From assembly GCF_001194135.2 (NCBI RefSeq), contig NC_068984.1, forward strand, positions 24,260,809 to 24,324,244: a stretch of 63,436 nucleotides of DNA. Direction: 5' to 3'. The first letter of the stretch is position 1. Each line of letters opens with the position of its first letter. The position numbers were made by a program, and so were the translations under genes. Below the pieces are notes generated by a model that did no database searches, was not told the origin of the DNA, and worked only from the letters and a program-made list of their open reading frames with translations. The DNA is from Octopus bimaculoides (taxonomy: Eukaryota). Below, piece after piece: positions 51,100-62,330 of this stretch.

Positions 51100-51464
51100 T
51101 TACTTCCGTCTTAGCAAAGGTGGAGGTATTGTTTGCAGTTGTGTTTGTTTGTTTGTCCATGGACAAGGTATCTCAAGAATCGCTGCATGAATTTGGATGA
51201 AACTTTCAGGGATGTTTGGCCTCATGACTGGCACAAACTGATTAGATTTTGGGATCGATGCTGTACCAAACAAGGATTCTGGATTATTTTTCCGGTTTTT
51301 TTACTTAATTTTTGAGAGCAGTCGGGTTCATTTTTAATATTCTTGTTTATGAGAGCAATCAAGTTTATTTCAGATATTCTCATTTTAAAAATCACCTCTG
51401 GTTAATCATTGAGAGGATGTTGGTGTTACCTTGGCGGAGGTTTGTGCCCTCTGAGTGCTCTTGT
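51100..51464 (+). mobile_element. Non-autonomous Helentron/Helitron-type element (HINE/DINE-1-like)
   Basis: 5' ACTTCCGTC-TTAGCAAA-GGTGGAGGT palindrome, (GTTT)n, internal GAAACTT..GATTAGATTTTGG, 3' subterminal inverted repeat CCTTGGCGGAGGT and short hairpin GCCCTCTGAGTGC; T-rich flanks. Confidence 0.72.
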
Positions 51465-54356
51465 TTTATGTTTGTTTTTATGTCAAGTTATATGAAAGCA
51501 ATTTAACATTAAACTGAAGGATCACTCAATACTTTTAGTAGAGTACATGTTTATTAAACATTTACAAGGCAAAGCTTAGCAGTGACGTTGAAGGATTTCT
51601 CTGATGATAATAAATGAGATTCTAGAGAAGTTGAATTGCATCTGCACTTTTTAAAACAAGAAATAACAACAGATGATTCTGTTACAGAGGTCATGAATAG
51701 CACACATAATAGACAAGTCTTAGTTTTCTGCGACAGAATACAAAATATGTAAAAAAAATTGTGTGTTAGCTGTCCACTGTATAGAAACAAACAAGTGATT
51801 GAACAAACAAGTGATTGAACAAACAATAATTGTACCATGGAGTACATAATTCAAAATATTCTTTTTAAACCTTTTCTTACTATATTTCTGTTGAAATACC
51901 TTACCTTTATTTCAATTAATTTTGAAAATAATCAAGAATTTTGTCGTTATCAAACGACTTATTAATATTAATGCTTATTAATATAAAATGTTGATGGAAT
52001 ATTTTAATTTAGATAATTTTAGAAAAGGAAGTTCACATAATGGAATCAGGAATGGTCTCAGACAGGTTCATGTTGAAAGGATTATGACAGTAAAGTGTAG
52101 TGGGTCAAAGGAGAAATCAGTTGTTATTTCTAGCCAGTCATGCTGGCTGGAGATGCGAATTACATGTAAACTTAGAGCTTATGAATCTGAGAAAGTGAAA
52201 GATTATGGAAAAATGAGCAGCTGGTAGTGAGATATTGATGAATGCATACAACCTTGAATAGTTCAACTCTGATAGAAAAAAAAAATGATGAGAATGATGT
52301 ATTATGGGCAATAAAATGATATGAGTTGGGTAAGAGTAAGAGTAATGAGAGCAAAGACAAGCCATGAAAGCTCCAAACAATGTAGACATACAGCTGGAGA
52401 CATGCTTTGCAGACATGTTAGTCTGCAGACAATTGTCTGCTTATAATAAAAGGGCATGATTGTATCAGCTCCTGATAAAAATAATGACTCACAGAATGGA
52501 AACTGAAGTATTTAGCTTCTAGATCTTAGATTAGCATTAAAAAAGAAAAGAAAGAGAAAATCACCACTGAAAATGGTTAAATAGGTTCAGACACATTTAT
52601 GAAATTTATTAAAAGCAAAAAAAAAAATGTAAAACAGAAAAAGTGGTCACTAGAAAATAGTGTTGTGTTAACACTAGTCTGATAGTTTGATATGTTAAAA
52701 GACAAATAAACAAAAAAGAAAAGATAAGCAGATAGAGAGATAGATGGAAACCTGGAGAGAGTGACATGTAAGAGAGAGAGAGAGGGGGTGAGAGAGATCA
52801 CACAAAGAACAAAGAAAACAAAAACAATACATACACATAAATAGACAGACCCATATACACAGGAGTCAGTGTAAGTGAAAGAGATACATAGATAATAACA
52901 TAGAAAGACTGAATAATAATAGAATGATTAACTATATAAACTGTGTACATCTAGCTGCATAACAGACTGTTGGATGGGTGGACAGACATACAGACAGACA
53001 ACCTACTCTTCTCATTCTGCTTGACTGCTTGACTGATTGGCTGCTTGGCTGCTTGGTTGATTGGATTAATCAATTGATCACTGGTTCAATGGATTGATAA
53101 TTTTCTAATGCATAAAATTTTTTTGGTAGAAATTTGTAAGCAAGAAAAAATTCGAGAACAGTTGCAGCAATAGACCACATGTAAGTAAATTTCATCAATG
53201 TCCATCAAATGAAAAAGATCACAATAATAAGTGAATAAACCTAATTGGTTTCACATAATTTCCTTCTGTTTATAAACTTATAAGCCTATTGGTAAATAAA
53301 TCAATTCTATTTTATTTCATCATGGTTATCTATTTAAACAAAAAGAATAGATTTAATAATTGGCTCAGATCATTCAAATATTGACAGGTACCCCCTTCTC
53401 TTTTGACCAGACAAGAAAAGATATTGTGAAAGTTATGTAAATATTATTTGAGATTAATGAAGATATTATCAAAAGTTAATATAACTGGTGCAGATAATCA
53501 ATAAAAAGCTTATTGGTTGGTTTCTGAACCTTTCATGAAAAACAAAACTAAAAAGACAAAAAAATTTTTTTTTTTTTTTTAATATTTTAAAGTATTAAAA
53601 AATGTATTTATATTCTGCTTTGAAACTTTTGTTGACACAAAATATACCAAATTTGAAGTCTATGATGTCCCTGGAGGGAAAACTAGTTTATAGCATAAAG
53701 ACCTGACAGTACTTAATTCCTTGATGATGTCTAGTCTAGGTTAATAAACACTTTATGTAATTGGTAAAACAATCATATTGATGAATTATAAATCACGTAT
53801 GATTTCCTCTTGGTATTTTGGTGTTAGACAGGTTTGTGTTATAAATGCTAACATCTGTTAACTTCCTTCTGAGTCCAGTTAGAAATTAGCAATTATCCCT
53901 AATAACCATGTTTTCATCTAATATTCTCCTCATCTAACTAATATTAGTCCACTCAGTTTAAATTAAGCCAATATTGCTTTTAGACTACTACCTTGAAGAT
54001 TTGATTCCTAATTACTCTCTGAGATGTTCTGTTATCTGTAGACTTATTGGGGCAACACTGATGGTTTTGTATTCATGTCATCATTATCCATGTGCAAAAC
54101 AGAGACTATTTCTTTCTGATCTAAATTCATAGAAGGCTTTGTGTTCAGAACTGTAAATTAATGAAATATATGTATACAGTAACTTTACTGTATATAGAGT
54201 TGAACAGTTGTTGTCTTACAATAGATCAGCTCTCATTAAACTGAGTTTTAATCAAAAGCATTTAATATGGTGTATAATCAAAATACTATGTAATTACATA
54301 ATGTCTAGCTACATATCAAACAGATCTATGATCAAAGTTATTTGTATACAATAGGC

Positions 54357-54768
54357 ATAGGAGTGGCTGTGTGGTAAGTAGCTTGTTTACCAGCCACATG
54401 GCTCCAGGTTCAGTCCCACTGTGTGGAACCTTGGACAAGTGTCTTCTACTATAGCCTCAGGCCGACCAAAGCCTTGTGAGTGGATTTGGTAGACGGAAAC
54501 TGAAAGAAGCCCGTCGTATATATGTATATATATATGTATGTATGTGTGTGTGTATATGTTTGTGTGTTGTGTTTGTCCCCCCAACATCGCTTGACAACCA
54601 ATGCTGGTGTGTTAATATCCCCGTAACTTAGCAGTTTGGCAAAAGAGACCGATAGAATAAGTACTAGGCTTACAAAGAATAAGTCCTGGGGTCGATTTGC
54701 TTGACTAAAGGTGGTGCTCCAGCATGGCCACAGTCAAATGACTGAAACAAGTAAAAGAGTAAAAAAGT
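54357..54768 (+). mobile_element. SINE family A, full length and low divergence
   Basis: CpG-retaining copy: GGAGTGGCTGTGTGGTAAG..GGCCGACCAAAGCCTTGTGAGTGGATTTGGTAGACGGAAACTGAAAGAAGCCCGTCG..CCTGGGGTCGATTTG..GAAACAAGTAAAAGAGTAAAA. Confidence 0.92.
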
Positions 54769-54981
54769 AATAGCTTAACTGTATATGGTATTGAAATGTT
54801 GCCTGGCTATAGATCAGCCCTGATCCAGCAGAGGTACAATCGAAAGCATTTGTATAGAGTACCATCACTGTATATACTGCTGAGATATTGCAGTCAAACC
54901 ACAGAATAACCCTAATCAAACAGACCTACAATCAAAAGTATTTGTGCAGTGTACCTTCACTGTATATGGTACTCACAGTAT

Positions 54982-55196
54982 TCTTTTCTACTCTAGACAC
55001 AAGGCTCAAAATGTTTGGGGAAGGGGCCAGACGATTAGATCGACTCCAGTACGCAACTGGTACTTAATTTATCGACCCTGAAAGGATGGAAGGCAAAGTC
55101 GACCTTGGTGGAATTTGAACTCAGAATGTAAAGACAGACGAATTACCGCTAAGCATTTTGCCCCGCATGCTAACGATTCTGCCAGCTCACCGCCTT
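54982..55196 (-). mobile_element. SINE family B, full length
   Basis: Antisense from TTCTTTTCTACTCTAG to CTGCCAGCTCACCGCCTT. Confidence 0.88.
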
Positions 55197-55434
55197 CTAT
55201 TGTATTGGTACTTATAGTATTGAACCATTTTGATATATGGCAGCATTATAACATAAGGTGTTGATTCATATATTAAAACTGCTAGGGTAAAATTAAGGAA
55301 TAGTTTCAGACATTGCTAAATCAGATTGGAGCCTAGTGAAGCTCTCCAGCTTACCAGTTTCAGTCAAACCATCGAACCCATACAAGCATGGAAAAGAGAC
55401 ACTAAATGATGATGAGGAGGAGGAGGAAAATGAA

Positions 55435-55643
55435 TCCTTTTGATACCAACTTGTCCAAAACTGCTTCTATAATACAAATTTTCACTTTTAAAATGATCTA
55501 AATTAAATCTCTCAAAACTTCATGTAAATTTGCTACAAACATTGGCTTCATAATGAAAAATTAATTTACTAAATTTTTCAATATTTTCAAAATTAATTGA
55601 AAGAAAAACAACATATTTTAACAGAATTATGTTGACTAATGAG
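55435..55643. mobile_element. Diverged piggyBac-like MITE related to 38368-38587
   Basis: CCTTTTGATACCAAC start and ..GAG|TTAA end; internal similarity to the reverse complement of 38368-38587. Confidence 0.55.
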
Positions 55644-56334
55644 TTAACAATCTACCTTTGTGTGACCATTCTCTCCCACCCCTCTGAGCTGACTGAAGCT
55701 AACAATATCATTTTAAGTCAACAAGTAAACTTCTATGTAATTATTTTATCTACAAGAAATAGCAGTTAACTCACTCTCAAGTTACACTAAAGAAAAAAAG
55801 AACTCTAGTCATCACTCATAAGTATAACTTTGTAGCATGGTATATACTTTTACTTTTGCAGATAGTTTCTTAGGTGCCTATGTAGTCATGAGCAGACATA
55901 GATACCTCTTAATCCTCTTTCCTTTGACAAAATGGAACATCAAAGATGTGATAGTTGGAGAGGGAGAAGGCTGTACCAGCACATAGCTAGTTCTCATTTT
56001 TGACTAAATGGACTGAAGCAACACAAATGAAGTGCATTGCTCAAGGGTACAAGGCACTGTCCAGTCCAAGAATAGAACCTATAGTATTATGATCATGAGC
56101 CCAACGAGTTCACTCTACCATCTTCACAAACAAGGAGGACACATAAGATGCACTGTGCCTAGGAAAATGACAGGGATATTAAGGTTGAAACACCATTGCT
56201 CACGGAACCGCTTAACAACCCACAACAACACCGTTAACACAGGCCTTAACATACATTTTATAACCTAAGAAAACTTTGCATTCAAAACATCTGAACAAAT
56301 ATTCAATGGTAAAACAAAAAAAAATCTCAGTTGA

Positions 56335-56755
56335 AATCCTGTGTATTTGAGAAGCTTGTTTTGCAAACACATGGTCTCAGATTCAGTTCCACTGTGGCAC
56401 CTTGAGCAAGTATCTTCTACCATAGCCCCAGACCAACAAACACCTTGTGAGTTTGGTAGTTGGGATCTGTATAAAAACTTACCATCTTTGTGTTTGTGTG
56501 TGTGTGTGTGTGTGCACATGTGTGTGTGTGCATGTGTGCATGCACATGCGTATGCATGCATGTGGACTGCTTGACAACCAATATTATTTTGCATCCTCAT
56601 CACTTAGTGGTTCAACAAAAGAGACTGATAGAGTGTGTAATGTACCAGACTTAAAGAAAATTAAGTATTCAGATTGATTTCTTTAACTAAACCCTTCAAG
56701 GTAGTGCCCCAGCTTGGCCACAGACGAATGACAGAAAAAGTAAAAGAGCAAAAGT
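56335..56755 (+). mobile_element. SINE family A, diverged
   Basis: TCAGTTCCACTGTGGCACCTTGAGCAAG..(GT)n..GCTTGACAACC..GTAAAAGAG. Confidence 0.75.
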
Positions 56756-57124
56756 ATATGTAATGAATTTTCTGCAATGTGTCAGTTAATTTCCCATTTA
56801 TTTAACTTGTGTTATTGCAATTAATAGAATTTTTAGCATTCTTAGTGCACAACACAAAATTATTTAATTTACCAAAATAATCTGCTTCTCATAATGTAAA
56901 ATAAAACACAATTTATTTAATGAAGAGCTCATAACATCGAATAATAATAATATTTTTGCACTCAACAGTTTTCTGTTTTTCTCATTAAAAATCAATAGGC
57001 ACCTAACTTGAAGCAAACAATATTAGACCATTTGAAAAGAAGACGAATGCTCTTGGGGATTTTTGTAATGTTTAATTAGTGAACACACTTTGACCTTTTT
57101 TTTTTTTTTTTACAATAGTCTCCT

Positions 57125-57430
57125 TGGGCCAATGAGGGAACATCTAAAGTTGCACAAGCCAACAAAGAAGTTTCCATGCTATCATACAGCCCAATGAAGA
57201 GAACTCTATATTATAGCTTGACCCAATGAAAAACCTTCTATGTCGTTACTTGACCTGCCAGAAACAATAGCCAAATCTCCCTCAAATAAGGCCTAACCAT
57301 CTTCAATAAAAAGAAAGATACTTTGAATACATGTAGTATTAGATGTATTAAGAGACAGATGGTTGAAATTCAGACGCGTTTGATCATAAGTTTACTTGTT
57401 CAGGATTGGCCTGGGATTAAATAACAATCT
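57125..57430 (+). mobile_element. (AAC)n-tailed interspersed repeat (family T), longer copy
   Basis: Three CCAATGA subrepeats, then GACCTGCCAGAAACAATAGCCAAATCTCCCTCAAAT..TTTGATCATAAG..CCTGGGATTAAATAACAA. Confidence 0.6.
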
Positions 57431-58381
57431 CTTAAATTTCAATCTTCTCAGTCAATATTTCAGTTTTTAATTGCATAATAGTTACTATACACTTACTACA
57501 AATATAGAATTCATTTGATTAAAAACGCCATATTTCTAGAATGAAATGAATCAACCTACTATGTAATACTGATTCTTATTTTGTTAACCCTGAAGGGTGA
57601 AAAAAAGCAATGTTCACATCAAATGATCAAACAAATCCAGAGGTTATTGGTTAAATATTGAATGGTATTTAGTTGGTCATGAAATTATTTGAGACACTCC
57701 ATTCCTCTTGAATAAGTAAAAATAAACCATTATTTGTAGCAAATCAATCTTTTATTTTTAATTCCAAAAGCATTCAAAATGATGGGAGGATATTTTTGGA
57801 CACTTCTGAAGTATTTCAATATCAAAATTGTTCTGTACCCTGTTTAGTAGCACTAGAATGCTTTAGGAGTATAACTGAAGCAAAAGCTGAAGAAAAGAGC
57901 AGTCCCAAGAATTTTATCAATTTTAATAAATTTAAGTTACTTCTATGTTTTTGTTTTAGACATTTTCTGACCATATTTTTTCAATGAAACATTGTTTATG
58001 TTTCACTTTATTTTGAACAAAACAAAAAAAAAAATTGGAGGAATTTAGTATAATAAATATTTCATTATTAAGAACAGCTTAATAATTTGAAACATAAGAG
58101 GTTTTTGTATAAAATTATGAGAGAAGTATTAATTTAGATATGAACATTTTAAAATAAGGTTTTGTATCAGAACCAGAGGTGGTTTTATTATTTGATAAAA
58201 ATCCAGTTTCAAGAAGATTATTTTAATACAAATATTTGAAATAGTTTTGTGCAATGGATACATTAATTTATTTTCATGCCAGCATGGAAAGCAGGCGTTA
58301 CACAATGATGATGATGATGACTTTGTTGAATATGTGAAATATATCTATGTCTTAGTTGAGCGTATGAAATATATTTAAATC

Positions 58382-58382
<1 letters not shown>

Positions 58383-58441
<59 letters not shown>
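58383..58441. repeat. (GT)n microsatellite
   Basis: Seen directly; similar tract at 44597-44669. Confidence 0.98.
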
Positions 58442-58443
<2 letters not shown>

Positions 58444-58659
58444 ACATACACACATATACTACTGAAAGCTAAATATACATACATACATATATTACAAAGT
58501 ATAGTGGTTTTAGAAAAAAATAAAGCATGTTCCCTTTATGTAACAAACAACTATAAGACATAACAAGAGGGAAAGTATCCCAAATAAAACACTGTCTCAG
58601 AAAACTCATCAAATCTGTGCTAGCAATGATGATGCTGAGGAAGAGGTCTATGTCAAATA

Positions 58660-58990
58660 TCATCTTAACATCTGCTTTCCATGCTGGCATGGGTTGGATG
58701 ATTTGAGATGGAGCTGGCTAGCAGGGAGCTGTCCAGACTCCAGGCATCTGTCATGGCATGGTTTCTATGGCTGGAGTCCTTCCTAACACCAGAGTGTGCT
58801 GAATGCTTACTATGTGCTACCAGCATGGGTGAATTTATGCAACACTGGCACTGGTGCATTAATGCAACACCAGCACAGGTGCACTAATGCAGCACCTGCA
58901 TAGGTACTTTTTAAGTGGTACTGGCACCTGAAAGGACAAGTCTGTACATGGGGAAGACAGTAATTTTGTTACTTAGCTTGACATGTCTTA
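58660..58990 (-). mobile_element. RTE LINE 3' tail (family R) with tandem array
   Basis: TTTCCATGCTGGCATGGGTTGG..CCTTCCTAACACC..CACCAGCAC repeats. Confidence 0.75.
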
Positions 58991-59332
58991 TGTGGTGTAT
59001 GGTGTATATAACTTATTAGTTCATTGGAGCACAAGTGAAAACATCCTCATTCCTCTTCAAATTATATTTATTTTATAATCCAAACTCATCACTAGAGGCT
59101 CATACTTTTAATTGCAAGGTAGTCTAACCTTTTATAATATGATATCTATTTTCACCAATATGGACTGTGTAGTTAAGAATTTCATTTTGCAACTGCAGAG
59201 TTTCAGATTCTATCTCACTTCATCTACCTTGAAAAAGCATCTTCTACAAAAGTCTCAAGTAACCTCAAGTTGACCAATGTATAATGAATGAAATTTGATA
59301 CAAAGAAACTGTACTGAAGCCCCTTGTATACG

Positions 59333-59365
<33 letters not shown>

Positions 59366-60234
59366 ATGTATACATAAAAATAAAAGATGTAAACATCAGT
59401 GAGAAAAACAAGAAACCAGCATTCAGATGAAGTCCTTTGTAATATTTCTTCCACCCAAGTTGCTATACAATCCCTCATCACTCTTACCATCATAAATGCT
59501 GCAAACCAGTGTTTAGTCCATTGTAAACCTGTAACAAACAAAATGTTATACAAAAGAAAATATAATTAAATGACTTAGCCATAGAAACAGTACAGTGCCA
59601 GTGACACACACAAACTGTTAACCTTTTAGCCATTAATCTGGCATTCCGAAGCTCAGCTAGTTGCAATATATGTAAGATTAATTGAAGTTATTCCCACATC
59701 AATTTACATTATACATCTCAATAACATTGAATGATCAAACAAATTCTATAAAACAGATTTGAGTTTTTCGTGTTCAAAATATATCTTGAATAGAAGTACA
59801 GTACAGAATGTGATTCATTAATCACTCAAGTTAGGAATCATGTCTACCTGAACAAGGCGATACAAAACCATTCCAATTTATTCTTCATTTTATAGAAAAC
59901 TTTATAGATGCTACAACTACAGTATCACCAAAATTTAGCTTCAGCTCTATGTCTAACAAAAGATTCACCTAAAAACAAAGTGTGAAGACTTGCATATGTA
60001 ACTGAAATAGTTAAATATCTCTTGCTGAAGGTATTGGTGAAGTATTCCAGTGTATTCATTTCTTTAGTTACTACATTTAGCTCAAATCTTCAAATAGATT
60101 TACAGTACTAACTCTATATATAAATGAAACAGTAGAATTAGAGGAAATAAGAGATGGTCCATATTCACAAATGATAGTAAAAGACAAACAGTATTTCTTA
60201 TGACAGAATAATTTATTCTGCTTTCTTTTATTTC

Positions 60235-60607
60235 TGTTACTTTTCTTTTACTTGTTTCAATCATTAGACTGCAGCCAAGCAGGAGCACTGCCCAGAAGAA
60301 TTTTAGTCAATTAGGTTGACCCCAGTACTTATTTTTTAAGCTCTATTAGTCTCCTTTGCTGAACTACTAAGTTACAGGGGCATGAATACATCAACACCAG
60401 TTATCAAGTAGTGGTGACAGGCAGACACACACACACACACACAAGCACACACACACACACTATATAAATATATATATATGACAAGCTTCTTTCAGTTTCC
60501 ATCAACCAAATCCACTCACTAGGCTTTGATTGGCCCAAAGTGCCATGTAGTGGGACTGAACTGGAACTATGTGGTTGGGAAGCAAACTTCTTTCTACACA
60601 GCCACAC
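60235..60607 (-). mobile_element. SINE family A
   Basis: Antisense tail to head, collinear with the other copies. Confidence 0.82.
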
Positions 60608-60667
60608 TGCAAATCTTCAGTAAACTTTTTATATGCAATTTATATTTAATATATGTGGATGAATGCC

Positions 60668-60797
60668 ACTGAGATCAACTTTGCCTTTCATTCTTTTGGC
60701 GTCAATAAATTAAGTACCAGTTGCATACTGGGGTCAATCTAATCGACTGGTCCCCCTCCCCCAAAATTTCAGGCCTTGTGCCTAGAGTAGAAAAGAA
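60668..60797 (+). mobile_element. SINE family B, 5' truncated
   Basis: CAACTTTGCCTTTCATTC..AAGTACCAGTTGCATACTGGGGTC..GCCTAGAGTAGAAAAGA. Confidence 0.82.
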
Positions 60798-60872
60798 TAT
60801 ATGCAGATGAAGGGTTGCATCAAGTGACAGGATACAGTGTTGGAACAGACTCAACCTTATCTATGAAGAAAT

Positions 60873-61247
60873 AATTAATAAAATATATACATACAATATT
60901 AGATATGTACATATATATACACAAGGGTACTACATGAATACCAATATCACTAAAATAGTCACAAATTTATGACAGACATGATAGGAAAAAATATCAACGA
61001 ACAATAATAAATTTCGAAACTGGTACCAGGTTGACCAGCATTTACTAGTTCTGACCCAGTAGAGGTAAGACATTATTATTGTTCACTCATATTTTTTCCT
61101 ATCATGTCTGTAATAGATTTGTGACTATTCGGTATTTTTCAAAGTATTTTTTGACTTCTATTTTTTAGTGATATAGATACTCATGTAGTACCCTTGTATA
61201 TATATATATGTACTTATCTAATATTGTATGTATATATTTTATTAATT
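60873..61247. repeat. Long fold-back element, about 138-bp left arm and 62-nt spacer
   Basis: AATTAATAAAATATATACATACAATATTAGAT..CAAGGGTACTACATGA..CAGACATGATAGGAAAAAATAT..AACAATAATAA pairs with 61073-61247; the right arm has an extra block of about 30 nt. Confidence 0.9.
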
Positions 61248-61784
61248 TGCCTGTACAACTGATAATTCACTTACCACTCATGATGGTATTTTAATAATAT
61301 CATCCCTATATTTATTTATGAAGAAATAAATATAAAATGATAAGAATACAAATAATAGTCTTTTCTACCATAGGCACAAAGCCTGACATTTTAGTGGAGA
61401 TGGCTAGTTGGCTACATTAACTCCAGTGCTCAACCAACACATTTCTATTGACCCCAAAAGGATGAAAGGCAGAATTTGTACCCAGAGCATAAAACCTGGA
61501 GAAATACTGCTAAGCACTTTGTCAGCTCAAATAATAATTGCTTCAAATTTTGTCATAAAGCCAGTAATTTTAGGAGAAGAATAATCAATTGCATAGGCTT
61601 CAGTAAATGAATGGTACTTTATTTTATTGACAAAAATTCTGTACCAAGATTTAAGTCTAAATTAGGGGTGTGACAAGAGCCATTTTAGCAGCATAAGCCC
61701 CTGGGCAAATCAGTGCATTGGGCCCTATAGTATTTATTCATTGACAACAAATCACCAACATAGCAAAAATGAGTTGTACCTGTA

Positions 61785-61960
61785 ATTCACAGGGGCAGCC
61801 TTGTCACATTCTGTGTCACACTGAACCTCCCTGTGAGCTACATCAAGGGTATGCATGTCTCTGGAGTGTTCAGCCACTTGCACATTCATTTCCCAAGCAG
61901 ACTGTTCCATTGAGCCGACCAACTGAAAGCCCCATCATCGTAATCGACAGAATACCAGTT
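61785..61960 (+). mobile_element. 5'-truncated copy of the family C/D RTE-like tail
   Basis: CAGCCTTGTCACATTCTGTGTCAC..GGAGTGTTCAGCCACTTGCAC matches 616-770. Confidence 0.75.
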
Positions 61961-62029
61961 TTATGGTAATTCCTACTGGGTCATTGAATTGTGTAGTATC
62001 CTACTGTAAGACTTTACTTAGCTTGAAAT

Positions 62030-62330
62030 AGGTTTGGCAGTATGGTGAAGTTTACAGTTGTAAACAACAACTACACTGTACATATGATGTGTGCTTCACT
62101 GATTTGCGAAGAGTTTAAATTCTACCCTAGGTGTACCTTGAAAATCAATATTGGTTAATCACTTGTAAAAGGCATTTGATAACGGAAAGTCAATCCACTG
62201 AGATAAACAGGTATTGATTAAGTACCATATCAATAAAGATATGTAGATTGATATCTCAGTTGAATGTATAATGCTATTTAGTTTTGATGATATGTTGTAT
62301 GGCAAACATAGCTAACCCATATCATCATGG
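62030..62330 (+). pseudogene. Possible LINE reverse transcriptase remnant
   Basis: ILVNHL*KAFD resembles FVDLEKAFD; little else is preserved. Confidence 0.25.

Noticed and set aside
52030-52420. 79-aa plus-strand ORF as a host gene
   Set aside because: Downstream sequence (DENDVLWAIK, KAPNNVDIQLE) resembles the LINE endonuclease-RT linker with stops. It is probably another decayed LINE, but too weak to list as a feature.
57585-57602. TTAACCCTGAAGGGTGAA as a collapsed piggyBac footprint
   Set aside because: Better explained as a decayed family B core (GACCCCGAAAGGATGAAAGGCAAAG).
1261-59528. Single minus-strand PH-domain gene joining QWTKHWF (59.5 kb) to MEWISSINQ (1.3 kb)
   Set aside because: Both matches are short, and no intervening exons for the middle strands could be found.
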